The notes below the pieces were generated by a model, which was given only the letters and a program-made list of their open reading frames with translations, did not search any database and was not told the DNA's origin. 64,000 nt of DNA, from positions 768,001 to 832,000 of the forward strand of contig CAWIIQ010000001.1 of assembly GCA_963836185.1 (NCBI GenBank). The letters run 5' to 3'. A program made the position numbers and the translations under genes. Of this stretch, positions 11,581 to 23,184 are shown piece by piece (the first letter of the stretch is position 1; each line of letters begins with the position of its first letter). Source of the stretch: Candidatus Krumholzibacteriia bacterium (GTDB taxonomy: Bacteria > Krumholzibacteriota > Krumholzibacteriia > Krumholzibacteriales > Krumholzibacteriaceae).

Positions 11581-12451
11581 TCAGTCTTCCTCCAGTATCC
11601 TTACCCTGTTCTTCAACCTGCCGATACGTTCGATCTCTATCTCGACGACATCGCCGTCCTTGAGGAAAAGGGGAGGATCGCGGTAGACGCCGACTCCTTC
11701 AGGTGTGCCGGTGGCGATGATGTCGCCGGGCATCAGCGTCATTCCCGCCGAGATGAACGAGATGATCCTTTCGATGCCGAAGATCATGTCCGCCGTCGTG
11801 CTCTGCTGCATGATCTCGCCGTTGAGGCGTTGTGTTATCGCGAGGCCCTCGTGCTCGTCCGACACTGCCGGGCGTCACGAGCCACGGTCCGCATGGCGCG
11901 AAGGTGTCGAATCCTTTTCCGCGGAACCACTGCCTGTCCTCACGCTGGATCTTCCTCGCGCTCACATCGTTGAATACCATGAATCCCGCTATATACCCTG
12001 CCGCGTTCCGTTCCTCTATCATCGTGCCTTCCCGGCCGATGACCACGGCAAGTTCAGCTTCGGCGTCGACATTCTCGACGCCCGGCCTTATGACGATATC
12101 ATCGTAAGGCCCGCTCAGAGCGGTCACTGCTTTTGCGAAGAGCATGGGATGTTCGGGAGGTTTGCGGCCCTGTTCAAGCGCGTGCCGTGCGTAGTTGAGG
12201 CCGAGGCAGATGATCTTGCCCGGCATCAGGACGGGAGGGTAGAGCTCGAGCGCGCCAGCGGGAAGAAAGTGATCCCTGTCGAGCTCGGAGGCATTGTCCA
12301 CGAGATTTTTAACATGGGGGATGAGCCCGCGGCGGAGTATCTCGTCGATAGACGGGGGCAGCATAGGATCGGCCGCGTTGATATCGAGGACGCGGTCGCC
12401 TATCAGCGCTCCGGCCCGCGGCCCGTCTTTCCTGAAGGTGACGAGTTTCAC
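11581..12451 (-). CDS. Fumarylacetoacetate hydrolase family protein, frameshift near 11865
   Basis: KIICLGLNY..H, DAEAEL, NDVSAR, GKGFDTFAPCGP, PGDIIATGTPEGVG. Confidence 0.92.
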
Positions 12452-14282
12452 TTATTCTTTCTTGTAGACGCCCTTCATCCGCTCGAGGAAAAGGTCGGGA
12501 CCGATGAATCCCGTCACCCTCGCGGCGGACTTCTCCTCGCCCGAAGTGTCGAGGAATATTATAGTGGGCACTCCCCTTACGCCGAAGTCCCTTTTTATCC
12601 GTTTCTTTTCACCGTTTATCGTGGTCAGGTCCATCTTCAGCCTGACGAAGCTCTCCGAATACTCTATCACAGCCTCGTCGGTGAAGGTCTTGTGCTCGAG
12701 CTCACGGCAGGGGATGCACCAGTCGGCTGAGAAATCGATCATTACCGGCCTGCCTTCAGCCTTTGCCTCGGCGATCCGTTCCTCGCTGAACGCTTCCCAC
12801 TCGATGCCGTCATGCTCGAGGGCCTCCCTGAACGGCCCGCCCGGCATGGTGAATATGAAAACCGCCGATATCAGCCACGCCGCGCCGATGACGGCCTTGA
12901 TGATCTTGAACGGTTTCCCTTCCTGCGGTGTGCGGTCGAACGGCCAGAGCACCAGGCCCGCGGTCAGGGCGATGATCCCATAGCCGATATTCGTGATCGG
13001 TCGAACCGAGTACGGGCCTGGCGAAGTAGAGGGCCATCATCACAAGTATGAATCCGAAGATCTTCTTGACCCATACCATCCAGTGTCCCGGTCTCGCGAG
13101 GCTTCCCGAGAGCGTTCCGAGAAGGATGAACGGCGTGCCCATACCCCAGGCGAGAGTGAAGAACATCAGGAAGCCGAGGACAGGCTTGCCCGTCTCCCCG
13201 ACGTAGATGAGCAGGCCGAGGACGAACGGGCCGATGCAGGGCGCCGCGACTATACCGACCGTCAGGCCCATTATTATCGCGCCCCAGCGTCCCTGTTTCG
13301 CCTGTCCGGTCCTTCGGGAGAGGAATGTCGGCATCCTGAACTCCCAGAGGCCGAACATCGAGGTCGCCAGCCCGACGAGAACCGCGGCGATGAAGAATAT
13401 CACCAGCGGATTCTGCAGGGCGGAGCCGAACAGGCCGCCCGTTGTGGCGGCGATCGTTCCGAGTATGCTGTATGTGATCGACATCCCGAGGACGTAGAAG
13501 AGGGTGAGGACAAAGGTCCTCGATGTCTTTCCGTCCGACTGGTTGACGAAATAGCTCACCGTGATCGGAATGAGAGGGAATACGCACGGCGTAAGGTTGA
13601 GAGCGAGCCCTCCGAGAAAGATCAATATGAAAGCGAGGATCAGTCCGTGCTCCTCGAGCATCTCGCCGAAACTGCTGTCTTCATCACCGGAGCCGGCGGT
13701 GACCGGCGCTCCCGTTCCGTCAATAAAGGGGGGAGCGAGGAAGATCTCGTCGTGCGCCATCTCCTCGAGCTGATCCATGGTGCCGATCCTGACAGTGATC
13801 TCCTCTATCGCGATGGCAGGTTCGAGGCAGGTCAGATTGTTGCATCCCTGGTATCTCAGAGCCGCCCGGATCTTGTACTCTCCCGGCGCGATATCGCCGG
13901 AGCACTCTATGATCGCCCCGAAGTTCACCGTTCCGTGGTAGAGGGGCATCTTCTGTTCGCTGATCTCAAGCTTGAGCATCTCCGGCTCGGGGTAGAGGAC
14001 ACCCTTTATCGTGATCCCCTCCGGAGCGGTGATGTCGAGTACGGTCGGTATGAGGTATTTATCGAGTGGAGAGTCGGAGTTGATGTGCCACTGGTCCTTG
14101 ATGACGGCTTTTACCGCGATAAATCCGGTCGAGCCGGGATGAAAGACTGTCAGTGACGTATATCCGTCCGTATCGACGAGGTTGCCTGACTGGGAGAAGA
14201 GCTGCGTGAGCGCCGGCGATGCCGCGATAACGGAAATCAGCATTATCAGTGCGATAGTCCTGAGTGCTGTCGGGAGTCTCAT
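12452..14282 (-). CDS. dsbD: Thiol:disulfide interchange protein DsbD, frameshift near 13000
   Basis: N-terminal YQGCNNLTC, TM LTPCVFP and APCIGP, thioredoxin WCIPC. Confidence 0.9.
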
Positions 14283-14309
14283 CTTGTATCTATCCTTTCC
14301 TTGAACCGA

Positions 14310-16205
14310 TTATTTTTTATACCTGAAAATATATAGCCCTCCGGAGCCGCTCGCCAGATAAACGAACCTGTCGTCGGAGAAGACTCCTCTCGCGTCATCT
14401 ACGGTCTGGTATCTCGCCGCTATCAGAGGCCTGCCGGGATCGGAGATATCGATAGCGGTGATACCGAGCGTCTGGGTAGCGATGAAGGCGACGTCGCCGC
14501 GTACATGGAGCGTTCGGGCGATAGCTCCCGTCTCAATACGTCCCCGCTTTACCGGGGCCGACCTGTCGCTTACATCGGCCGTCATGAACCCCCTCTGTCC
14601 GTCGGCGATATGCAAAAGGTCGCCGGAGATAAAGAGGTCGCTGGCCCATCCGGGCGTATCCATCGTCGATACGAGCCGCGGAACCCTGCCGGCGAGGGAG
14701 TAGATCCTGAATCCCTCGAATCCGTCGGCCACGTATAGATATTCTTCGTCGACGTCCAGCCCCCTGACCTCTGAGAGATCCTCGTTCCAGATCATCCGGG
14801 GAGAAGCCGGGTCGGTGAAATCGACCGCTTCGACCCCGCGAAAGCCCCCCGCGAGGTATGCTGTCCCTAACCGCGTCTTGACGGCGGAGAGGTATGATGA
14901 TGATTCAAGGGTCGAGAGCAGGACGGGGGAGTCGGGGACCTCTATGTTGTAGAACCTCACCCCGTTCGATCCGTCGGCCAGCACGAGGATGTCGCCCTCG
15001 ATCGCCGCATCTCTCGCCTCGCCTGTCTGGACGTGGCCCGTCCATTCGATCGATCCGTCCCTGTCGACACGCCCGATCCTCAAGCCCGTCCCTTCCGTTT
15101 GCCAGGTAGACAAATTCTCCGTGTACGATCAGCTCTATCGCGAAGCCGTTCGTGGGGATGCTGCCTTTATCCCTCGCGTCGCCCTTGTCGATCTCGTAGA
15201 AACTGAATCCTGACTTCGGCCCGAAGGTGATCATCTCGTTCCCGGCGCTTCTTATCGAGCTGCCGGGGAAGTCCGGGGATCTCGTCATTCCCTCGCCGCG
15301 CAGAAGCGAGTACTGCGGATCGGAAGGGAGGGGGCCGGAGTATTCACCGACAGATCGCAGCTGAGCCTGGAAAGGCGTTATAAGGCCCGTCTCGAGGAGC
15401 GCGAGGCCGCCTCCCGGGCCGCGGCAGATATCGGCTGATCTTCTTTTCCGGCAGGGGAGGAAGAGGCCGTGGCGAGCGTCCGGTCATGTATATCATACCT
15501 GTATACCACACCCTCCGGGGAAAGCAGGTGGAGGATCGAGCGGATGATCTCAGCCGAGATTATCTTTGAAGGCGCCTCGAATCTCGAGACCTCATTGAAC
15601 GAGCCGGCGCCCAGGTTCATCGCAACCATGATCACATCGCCGCCTGAGACCGCGGCCGTGATCAGTCCGGCGGAAGCTATAGTTGTTACGGGTGTTATAT
15701 TTTCCAGGCGCGCGACGGGAGAAAGGGGTTCTGATAACGGGACGAATGCCGCGTCGAAGAGATAGAGGCCCGATTTGGTGCTGCTTACGATGAGGGAAGT
15801 ACCGGCCGACGCGCATGAGCTTATATCCTCGAGCTCAAAAGCGGTCACGACCATCGGATCGGCGGGATCGGAAAGGTCGATAGCGACGAGGCCGACTCCG
15901 CTGACCGCGATCCAGGCGTTTGTCCCGATCGTCTCGATCTCGAGTGGTTCTCCGCTGAGCGGGATCACAAGGCCCTCGCCTGGAGGCGTCCCTTCGGGGA
16001 TCACCATGACCGCTCCGCCGCTCGCGAGGATAATGCCTCTTGCCCACTCCATCGTCCTGTGCCCTTCCAGGAACGCCGCGTCCCTGGGGGGGCCCTCGAA
16101 CAGCTCCCGCTCGAGCATCTCGAACTCCGGCGCCGAGGTGCACGATGTCGCGGTCGCCGCCAGAGCGAGGAGTATCAGCAGGCTTCTGAGCATCATCCTT
16201 CTCAT
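14310..16205 (-). CDS. LVIVD-repeat beta-propeller lipoprotein, several frameshifts
   Basis: Lipobox TSC; repeats such as YLYVADG..GFRIY, GITAIDISDP, YLASGSGGLYIF. Confidence 0.75.
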
Positions 16206-16336
16206 TCCCATGATCCCGTCATGAAACGTCGTATATCAGTCAGGCATAAGAGTAAGAAAAAGTCGAGGTTACCGCAAGGTATCTTGAGATAAATCGCCCT
16301 GTCTGGTAGATTGAATAACTCTTACAGAGGAGAGTC

Positions 16337-16993
16337 ATGAGCGACGCTATTCGACGAATACATCTTGTAAGGCATGGCGAATCGACCTGGAACGCGGTCC
16401 GGCGTGTGCAGGGTAACCACGACCATATTCACCTGAGCGAACTGGGAAGGGCGCAGGCAGCTCATCTCGGCCCCAGGCTGAGCAGGATGGAGTTTTCGCG
16501 CGTCTACTGCAGCAGCACGGAACGTGCGCGAGAGACGGCCCTCATAGCTCTCGGCGACGATCGCCAGATCGAATTCATGGACGATCTCAGGGAGATCTCG
16601 TTCGGTCAGTGGGAGGGGCTTCTGGTCAGCGAGATACAGGAGAAACACCCCGGTGAGCTCGAGATGTGGTTCCAGAGCCCTTCGAAGGTCGTTATCGAGG
16701 GGGCCGAGCCTTTCGGTGAGTTCCACGAACGTGCCAACCGCACCGTTGACGGGATAATCGATGAGTCGGAGGGCGACATCCTCATCGTCTCGCACGGCGG
16801 GATCATCTGCGCCTGGCTCACTCACATCCTCGGCATGTCCCCGGACGACATCTGGTCGTTCTCCCTTCCGAACACCTCGCTGACTACTGTCATGATAGAT
16901 TTCAGGCCGCGCCTGCGGCTTCTCGGTGATGTCTCCCATCTCGATGGAAAGACGCTGGGATTCGACGGGATGCCGGCGCCGGTGAGGAAGTAG
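16337..16993 (+). CDS. Histidine phosphatase (PGM/CobC-like) family
   Basis: LVRHGES, LREISFG.WEG, IVSHGG motifs. Confidence 0.92.
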   Translation: MSDAIRRIHLVRHGESTWNAVRRVQGNHDHIHLSELGRAQAAHLGPRLSRMEFSRVYCSSTERARETALIALGDDRQIEFMDDLREISFGQWEGLLVSEIQEKHPGELEMWFQSPSKVVIEGAEPFGEFHERANRTVDGIIDESEGDILIVSHGGIICAWLTHILGMSPDDIWSFSLPNTSLTTVMIDFRPRLRLLGDVSHLDGKTLGFDGMPAPVRK

Positions 16994-17000
16994 GCGGGAT

Positions 17001-18023
17001 TCAGCAGAACTCGGGAGGGGTAAGGCCTGCGTCGTCCCAGACGGTCCTGTCCTCCTGGCTCAGCTCGATCACGGTCCCGGGGAAGAGCATCTCGATCGTA
17101 TTTATGAGTTCATGATAGATGTCGAGCCTCAGGGGGCGGTATAGCCTCATCTTTCCTTCCCTGTCGCGGATATATTCTCCATGAAGAATCGGGCTGAAGG
17201 GGATATCTTTCCTGACGCTGTCAGCCAGCCCGGGGGGGAAACGCAGAACACCGAGCTCTATCCTCACGGGAGCGGCGCCGGCCGTGTCCATTACTTCAAG
17301 CAATAGATCCCTGTACAAATCGGGATTCCAGTAGGACGGGATTATCGGGTCCAGGCGGAGCGCGTACCTGATCCCCGCGGCGGAGACCTTCGATATTGCC
17401 GCGAGACGCTCATCGAGCGCCGCCGTTCCCGGTTCTTCCGAGATGACAGCCTCAGGGGGTGAGAGGGTCCAGGTTACGAGCAGGTGCCTGCGGGCAAGAG
17501 CCGGATCGCTTCCATCGAGTCCCGGCAGATGATCGACATTCGCGCTCTTCGTCCTCGCCTCGATCATCGCGCCTGTTCCCTCGAGCAGGGTGAGGATCGA
17601 GGAAGTGAGCCCCGTGATATGATCGAGGGCAAGGCTGTCACTCAGTTCACCGGTCGTCAACCGGACCGTTCCCGAAAGAAGAGCTTCCCTTATATCATCT
17701 TCCATCTTTTCGCTGTTTACGAGGAGAGTGACCGTGTTGTCGGCAAGGTACGATCTGAGATAACAGTACGAGCAGTCGTAGATGCACCCCTGCAGGGCGG
17801 CGACATACTTCTCGCCACAGGGAGGAGCGCCGGGAGTCACGGGGAAATCCTTGACGAAACGGCCCTCGTGGTATTTCAGGATGAAGGCTCCAGCCCCGGC
17901 GAATTCGCCGGGATCGTCCGTGATGATCGTCTCGCTCCTTTCGAGCCTCTCCATGATCCGTTTTGTGAGTGGATCGGAAGTGGCAAGGTCACTGATGACG
18001 AGCCTGTCGAAGCGGGGGGTCAT
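17001..18023 (-). CDS. Spore-photoproduct-lyase-like radical SAM protein
   Basis: GCIYDCSYCYL (CxxxCxxC), TGELSDSL, RTKS, LDPII, G..DGK.R.Y pattern. Confidence 0.8.
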   Translation of the reverse strand: MTPRFDRLVISDLATSDPLTKRIMERLERSETIITDDPGEFAGAGAFILKYHEGRFVKDFPVTPGAPPCGEKYVAALQGCIYDCSYCYLRSYLADNTVTLLVNSEKMEDDIREALLSGTVRLTTGELSDSLALDHITGLTSSILTLLEGTGAMIEARTKSANVDHLPGLDGSDPALARRHLLVTWTLSPPEAVISEEPGTAALDERLAAISKVSAAGIRYALRLDPIIPSYWNPDLYRDLLLEVMDTAGAAPVRIELGVLRFPPGLADSVRKDIPFSPILHGEYIRDREGKMRLYRPLRLDIYHELINTIEMLFPGTVIELSQEDRTVWDDAGLTPPEFC

Positions 18024-18036
18024 ACCTGTCTGCCTG

Positions 18037-18762
18037 TCACCTGCTGCCTCTGCGCAGCCAGTAGATCCGGCCGCCTTCCATGAGGAATATCAGGAATATC
18101 CCCCCGAGGAATCCGCCTATATGCGCGAACCAGGCCACGCCTCCACCGGACTGGCCTCCGAGCGACACGAATCCGCTGATCATCTGGATCACAATCCAGT
18201 AGATGATTATCACGTAGGCCGGTATGTAGATAAACTGTATAAGGATGAATATCCACAGCAGCGTCATTATTCTCGCCTGCGGGTACAGCATGAGATACGC
18301 ACCCATGACGCCGGCTATCGCTCCGCTTGCCCCGATCGTCGGGATGATCGAACCGGGATCGGCGGCGATGTGCATGGCGTGGGCAAAGAGCCCGGAGGCG
18401 AGATAGAACAAGATGAACCTCAACGGCCCCAGCACATCCTCGATGTTGTTGCCGAAGATCCAGAGGTAGAGCATGTTGAACCCGAGGTGGAAGAAGCTGC
18501 CGTGAAGGAACATCGAGCTGAAGAGAGTGAAAAAGATCGGGTCAGGCCCCGGAGCGTGGTTTATGCCGGAGATCGGGACGGCCAGGTCGGTCATCCTCGT
18601 TATCTCGAAAGGTGTCGCGCCGAGGGAGGCGACAAGGTTCGCTCCGCCGTACCCGTGCCAGAGCTGATAGAGGAAGATGGCGATATTCATCCCGATCAGC
18701 GTCCATGTGACGACTGGCTTCCTGCGGGCCGGATTGATGTCTTTCAGAGGTAAGAACAGCAT
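18037..18762 (-). CDS. Rhomboid intramembrane serine protease
   Basis: SMFLHG..HLGFNM, GASG catalytic Ser, AHIGG catalytic His. Confidence 0.95.
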   Translation of the reverse strand: MLFLPLKDINPARRKPVVTWTLIGMNIAIFLYQLWHGYGGANLVASLGATPFEITRMTDLAVPISGINHAPGPDPIFFTLFSSMFLHGSFFHLGFNMLYLWIFGNNIEDVLGPLRFILFYLASGLFAHAMHIAADPGSIIPTIGASGAIAGVMGAYLMLYPQARIMTLLWIFILIQFIYIPAYVIIIYWIVIQMISGFVSLGGQSGGGVAWFAHIGGFLGGIFLIFLMEGGRIYWLRRGSR

Positions 18763-18817
18763 ATATCAGTTATATATCGTGAACGTCTTTGAGGAAAGTG
18801 ATAAATGGAGCGGAGAT

Positions 18818-19774
18818 TCACACGCCTATTTCGAGAAGGACCTTGAAGGTATCCTTCCTTCGCGCGCGTCTCAGCGCTGTCTCCCATCTTTCAAACGGGT
18901 AGATGGCCGTCAAGAAAGGCGCCGTCTCGACCTTCTTCTTTTCCAGCAGGCTCAGCGCGGCCTCGAACGGCCCGCACCGGGAGCCGACGATCGTTATCTC
19001 GTCGACAGTGACCCGGGAGGGATTCCATTTCAGAGGGGTGTTGAATGTCGATTTGAGGACCACGGTCCCGTGGGGTCTGACGAGGTCAATGGCGTCGGGA
19101 AGCCCCATCCTGCTCCCCGTGCATTCGACGACGACATCGAACGACCCTTTCATCGAGGGGGCTTTAGCCGAGTGAGCGGTCTCGAAGCCGAGTCCGGCGA
19201 AGAGTCGCATCTTCTCCTGGTCGACCCCGATGACGGTCAGCGTTTTCGTCTTGAGCCCGAGGACCTGCGCTACCATCGCGGCGAGCCTTCCATCTCCGAG
19301 GATGGCCACGCGTGTCGACTGGCTGAAGTAAACGCGCTCGGGTATCTCGCACGCCGCGGCGAGGAGCTCTGTGAAGACCGCCTCCTCGTCACTGACACTC
19401 TCGGGGACGGCGTGGAGGTTTGCCATGGGAAGGGCGAGGTATTCGGCGAAGGCGCCGTCCCGGCCCTCTATCCCGAGGACGGTCCTTTCAGGGCAGTGCT
19501 TTCCCAGCCCGCGCCGGCACAGTTCGCACCTGCCGCAGCTCACGTTGATCTCTCCCGTCACCCTTCGCCCGGCGAGGCTGCGGGGCGTCTCGACCGTTCC
19601 GACGAATTCGTGGCCCGGGACGCCGCTGAAATCCATGTATCCCTTGAGGATCTCGAGGTCCGTCGAGCAGATTCCGGCGTATCTCACCCTGACAAGGGCC
19701 TCTCCGCGGCGGGGCTGAGGCCTGTCGATCTCCTTCTCGCGGAGCACTCCGTGTTTGAAGTAAAGAGCCTGCAT
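18818..19774 (-). CDS. Zn-dependent alcohol dehydrogenase (MDR family)
   Basis: GICSTD, GHE, CxxCxxC...C structural Zn, GDGRL, GSRCGPF. Confidence 0.92.
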   Translation of the reverse strand: MQALYFKHGVLREKEIDRPQPRRGEALVRVRYAGICSTDLEILKGYMDFSGVPGHEFVGTVETPRSLAGRRVTGEINVSCGRCELCRRGLGKHCPERTVLGIEGRDGAFAEYLALPMANLHAVPESVSDEEAVFTELLAAACEIPERVYFSQSTRVAILGDGRLAAMVAQVLGLKTKTLTVIGVDQEKMRLFAGLGFETAHSAKAPSMKGSFDVVVECTGSRMGLPDAIDLVRPHGTVVLKSTFNTPLKWNPSRVTVDEITIVGSRCGPFEAALSLLEKKKVETAPFLTAIYPFERWETALRRARRKDTFKVLLEIGV

Positions 19775-19900
19775 GACATTTCAAGGATAGCGCATCCGGC
19801 GCGGAATTGGTAGAGGTAGAATGGAGAAGGGCCGGGAACTGATCCGGGCCCCCGGCGTTAGACAGATTATATGTAGATACATCTAAAACGGAGGTCCACG

Positions 19901-21296
19901 ATGAGATTTCTGAAGATATTGATCCCTGTAATTGTATTGATGACCCTGATATCTCCATACGCGGCCCGCGGCGCGCACATCTTTCTGCTGAAGGAGACCT
20001 TCGGCACAGTGGAGATCGATAAGGTCGAGATAGAAGATGGCGATGTCATGATATTTGACGGGGAGGATGTTATCACGGTCGTGATACCTCTCGGGATCGG
20101 TCAGTCTGGCGACCTGGTGAAGAGAGACATGAGGAGCGGGACGATCACGATCAGGTCGACCGGCGGCGAGCTTCATGTCAGCAAGAAGCAGGATGACGGG
20201 AGGAAGATAGATTTTCCAGTCGTGAAGATAGAAGATCTTCCCGCATACGATATCCGGGTCAATATTGCCGGAGGCGACGGTACGAAGAGAGCTTTCCGGA
20301 TAAGCAGGTACGAGGAGGCCGAGACAGACGACGGCCCTGTGATAGACATGTTCGCCGGGATGATCCCGCTCGAGGACGGCGACTATTCGATCACCCTCGA
20401 GATAGCAGCGGCCGAAACGGCGGCGTTTGTCTCGGGCGAGACGACGATCTTCTATGAGAAAGGGTTCCTCCTGACAGAGGGAAGACTGCCGGACGGCAGG
20501 AAGGGCTGGTTCATCGTCGATTTCGGAGCGAGCGGTACGCTGGTCTCGAAGGAGTTCCTTCCCGCCTATATCGACATAGAGGAGGTCAAGGCTCTGGAGT
20601 ACTCCGACAGGGGGCGCAGGGAGGTAAAAAGCGTGATGAGCGGGGCCGGAGGCGACGTGACCGGCTTTCTCGGAAACGCCAGTCCGGGAGATCTGAGATT
20701 CGGTGATGTGAGGTTTTCCGACGTGAGGGTGAATGTCATAGAATCGATGCCTGATTTCGGGACGAGAAAGATCGCCGGGATCCTCGGCCTCGACCTGATG
20801 AAGCTCTGCGACAGGATCGCCTTCGAGTACCCGCGTAGCGGGCCGGGTGTTCTGATGATGGGGGAGAGGCATTCGCTGACCGAGACGGATGCCCCGGCGG
20901 CCGTGGTGCCGTTTCATCTCGTCGCGAAGCATATATTCCTCGACGGCGAGGTGAACGAGGTGCCTGTCTCTTTTCTCTTCGACACGGGGGCGAGGTCCTC
21001 GATCATCTCCGACATGAAAGCTGAGGGATGCGGGATTGAATGAGATATCCGACGCCGGGAAAGGCGAGCTCCGGGGTCTCGACGATAATCCTGTAGAGAC
21101 AAGGGCCGTGATCGCGGACAGGCTGAGGCTCGGAGAATGGCTCCGCTCCGGCGTCCCTTTTCTCGCCGCCGATCTTTCAGTCTTCGAGAGCATCGGGCTC
21201 AGGCGGGGAGGCGGGATCATCGGCAACGATTTCCTCGATGACTACAGTCTTGTAGAGATAGATTTCAGCGAAAGTGTGATCTCTCTCTGGAGGTAG
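19901..21296 (+). CDS. Secreted two-domain retropepsin-like aspartyl protease, frameshift near 21030
   Basis: FIVDFGAS...GILGLD and FLFDTGA...GIIGNDFL. Confidence 0.8.
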
Positions 21297-21389
21297 GGCC
21301 CCGTTTGTCCTTGAACAGCGGTCCATTTCTGACTTAACCTGCTGAAATATCAAGGCGATTCCACACTGGATATAAGGAAGGCGGAAACG

Positions 21390-22079
21390 ATGAGCGAGAA
21401 CAGCGGCAAGGTCAGGAAATACATACTTGACGATTTCTCTATCCAGGAGAGCTGGAGGCTCTTCAGGATACTTTCCGAGTTTGTCGACGGATTCGACAAT
21501 ATGGTCGATGTTCCGGCAGGAGTGAGCATCTACGGTTCGGCGAGGGCGAAGGAGGGCGACAAGTCATACGAGGACGCGCGCAAGATCGCCACGGCTCTCT
21601 CGTCGAGGGGCTGCTCGATCATCACCGGCGGCGGCCCGGGAGTGATGGAGGCGGCCAACCGCGGGGCGCAGGAAGGCGGCGGGCTCTCGGTCGGATTGAA
21701 TATCGAACTGCCCTTTGAGCAGAAGCCCAATCCGTACATCGACAGGCTGATCTCGTTCCGCTACTTCTTCGTGCGCAAGGTGATGCTGGTAAAGTACTCG
21801 ATAGCGTTCGTCATCATGCCCGGCGGCTTCGGTACGATGGACGAGTTCTTCGAAGCGCTCACCCTGATCCAGACCCGCAAGATCGCGCCTTTTCCCGTAT
21901 TTCTCGTGGGAAAGGAATACTACGGAGGGCTGGCCGACTGGATCAACAACAAGATGCTCGCCGAGGACATGATCCTGCCCGAGGACCTGAAGATCGTAAG
22001 ACTCGTCGATTCGGTCGAGGAAGTTATCGAAGGGGTCTCCGAGCTGCTCGATGGAGTGGATTTCGGACAGGCCAAGTAA
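21390..22079 (+). CDS. LOG family (TIGR00730) nucleotide phosphoribohydrolase
   Basis: TGGGPGVMEAAN, FFVRKVML, PGGFGTMDE. Confidence 0.95.
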   Translation: MSENSGKVRKYILDDFSIQESWRLFRILSEFVDGFDNMVDVPAGVSIYGSARAKEGDKSYEDARKIATALSSRGCSIITGGGPGVMEAANRGAQEGGGLSVGLNIELPFEQKPNPYIDRLISFRYFFVRKVMLVKYSIAFVIMPGGFGTMDEFFEALTLIQTRKIAPFPVFLVGKEYYGGLADWINNKMLAEDMILPEDLKIVRLVDSVEEVIEGVSELLDGVDFGQAK

Positions 22080-22099
22080 ACTGCAGATGGTTCCCGGCG

Positions 22100-23008
22100 C
22101 TATCCCGGAATAATGTAGGCCAGTGTCAGCAGGATGCCTGTGGCGAGGTGCGTGATGATCGTCAGGGCGTTCGCGGGCGTCATCGCGCCAGGGTCGTCGT
22201 GAGCGCGCGTGGCGACATGTATCGCCCTGAGCGCCAGCGGGAGTGTAGCCAGTCCGATCAGTGTCCAGCGAGGCATCAGGCCGGCCGCGGCGCCTGCTGC
22301 TATCGGTATGTAAGCCGACAGCATCACGACCGCGATACAGGACCCGGCCCTTTCCGGTGCCGAGCCGTACGACGAGGGTCTTCTTTCCCGTAGCTTTATC
22401 GGCGGCCGCGTCCTGGAACTCGTTTATGATGATGATCGCTGTGGTCATTATCGCGAGCGGGAGAGGGGCCACAAGTATCTGATGCGAAACTGTCCCTGTC
22501 TGTACGTAGTACGCTCCGACCGCGATAAGGCCGAAGGCGAGGAATATCGCTATCTCACCGAGTCCCCGGCCGGCGAGCATGGCGCGCGGCTCGGTATACA
22601 TGATCCCGAAGACAAGGCCGGTGATCCCGAAGAGTATTATTGCCGGGCCCCTTACGGTGTAGAGGTATATCCCGATCAGCGACGCGAGCGTGAAGAGGAC
22701 TGATCGAGAGTATGAGCACGCCCCGGGGAGTGACGAATCCCGCCTGGATCATCCTGCTGCCGCCTGTGAACGGGCTGGCGAAGTCGACGTTGGCTTCGTC
22801 GTTTCCCGACCTGTGATCGAACCAGTCGTTTATCGTGTTCGAGCCGAGGTGCAGGAGGATGGCTCCGGCTAGTGTCAGCGAGAAGAGAAGGGGATCCCAC
22901 AGCCCTGTCTCGTAACGCGCTATCGCGGCAGGCGAGCACGACGGGGAGGATACTGACGGTGAGGAACGGGGCCCTCAACTCGACAAGGTATGCCTGCAGC
23001 TTGTTCAC
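22100..23008 (-). CDS. menA: UbiA-family prenyltransferase, MenA-like, several frameshifts
   Basis: LRAPFL, NDWFD..SGND, GLGEI..FLAFG, NEFQD..AD...GKKTLVVRLG. Confidence 0.75.
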
Positions 23009-23084
23009 GGGATCGATCCTTTCATCTGATCTCGACCTTCAGGTGTCGAATATAGTCTGATTGCGCGGACCGCGTAAAGATTAC

Positions 23085-23116
23085 AAAAAACCCGGAGCGC
23101 TTTTCGCGCTCCGGGT
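23085..23116 (-). terminator. Intrinsic terminator 2 of the peptide transcript
   Basis: ACCCGGAGCGC-GAAAA-GCGCTCCGGGT followed by T-tract. Confidence 0.9.
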
Positions 23117-23136
23117 AACCGCGGGTCTATCGTTCC

Positions 23137-23170
23137 AAAAAAAAGGCGGGGCGCTTTCGCGTCCCGCCTT
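23137..23170 (-). terminator. Intrinsic terminator 1 of the peptide transcript
   Basis: AAGGCGGGACGC-GAAA-GCGCCCCGCC followed by T8. Confidence 0.9.
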
Positions 23171-23184
23171 CAGAGTCTCTGGGT

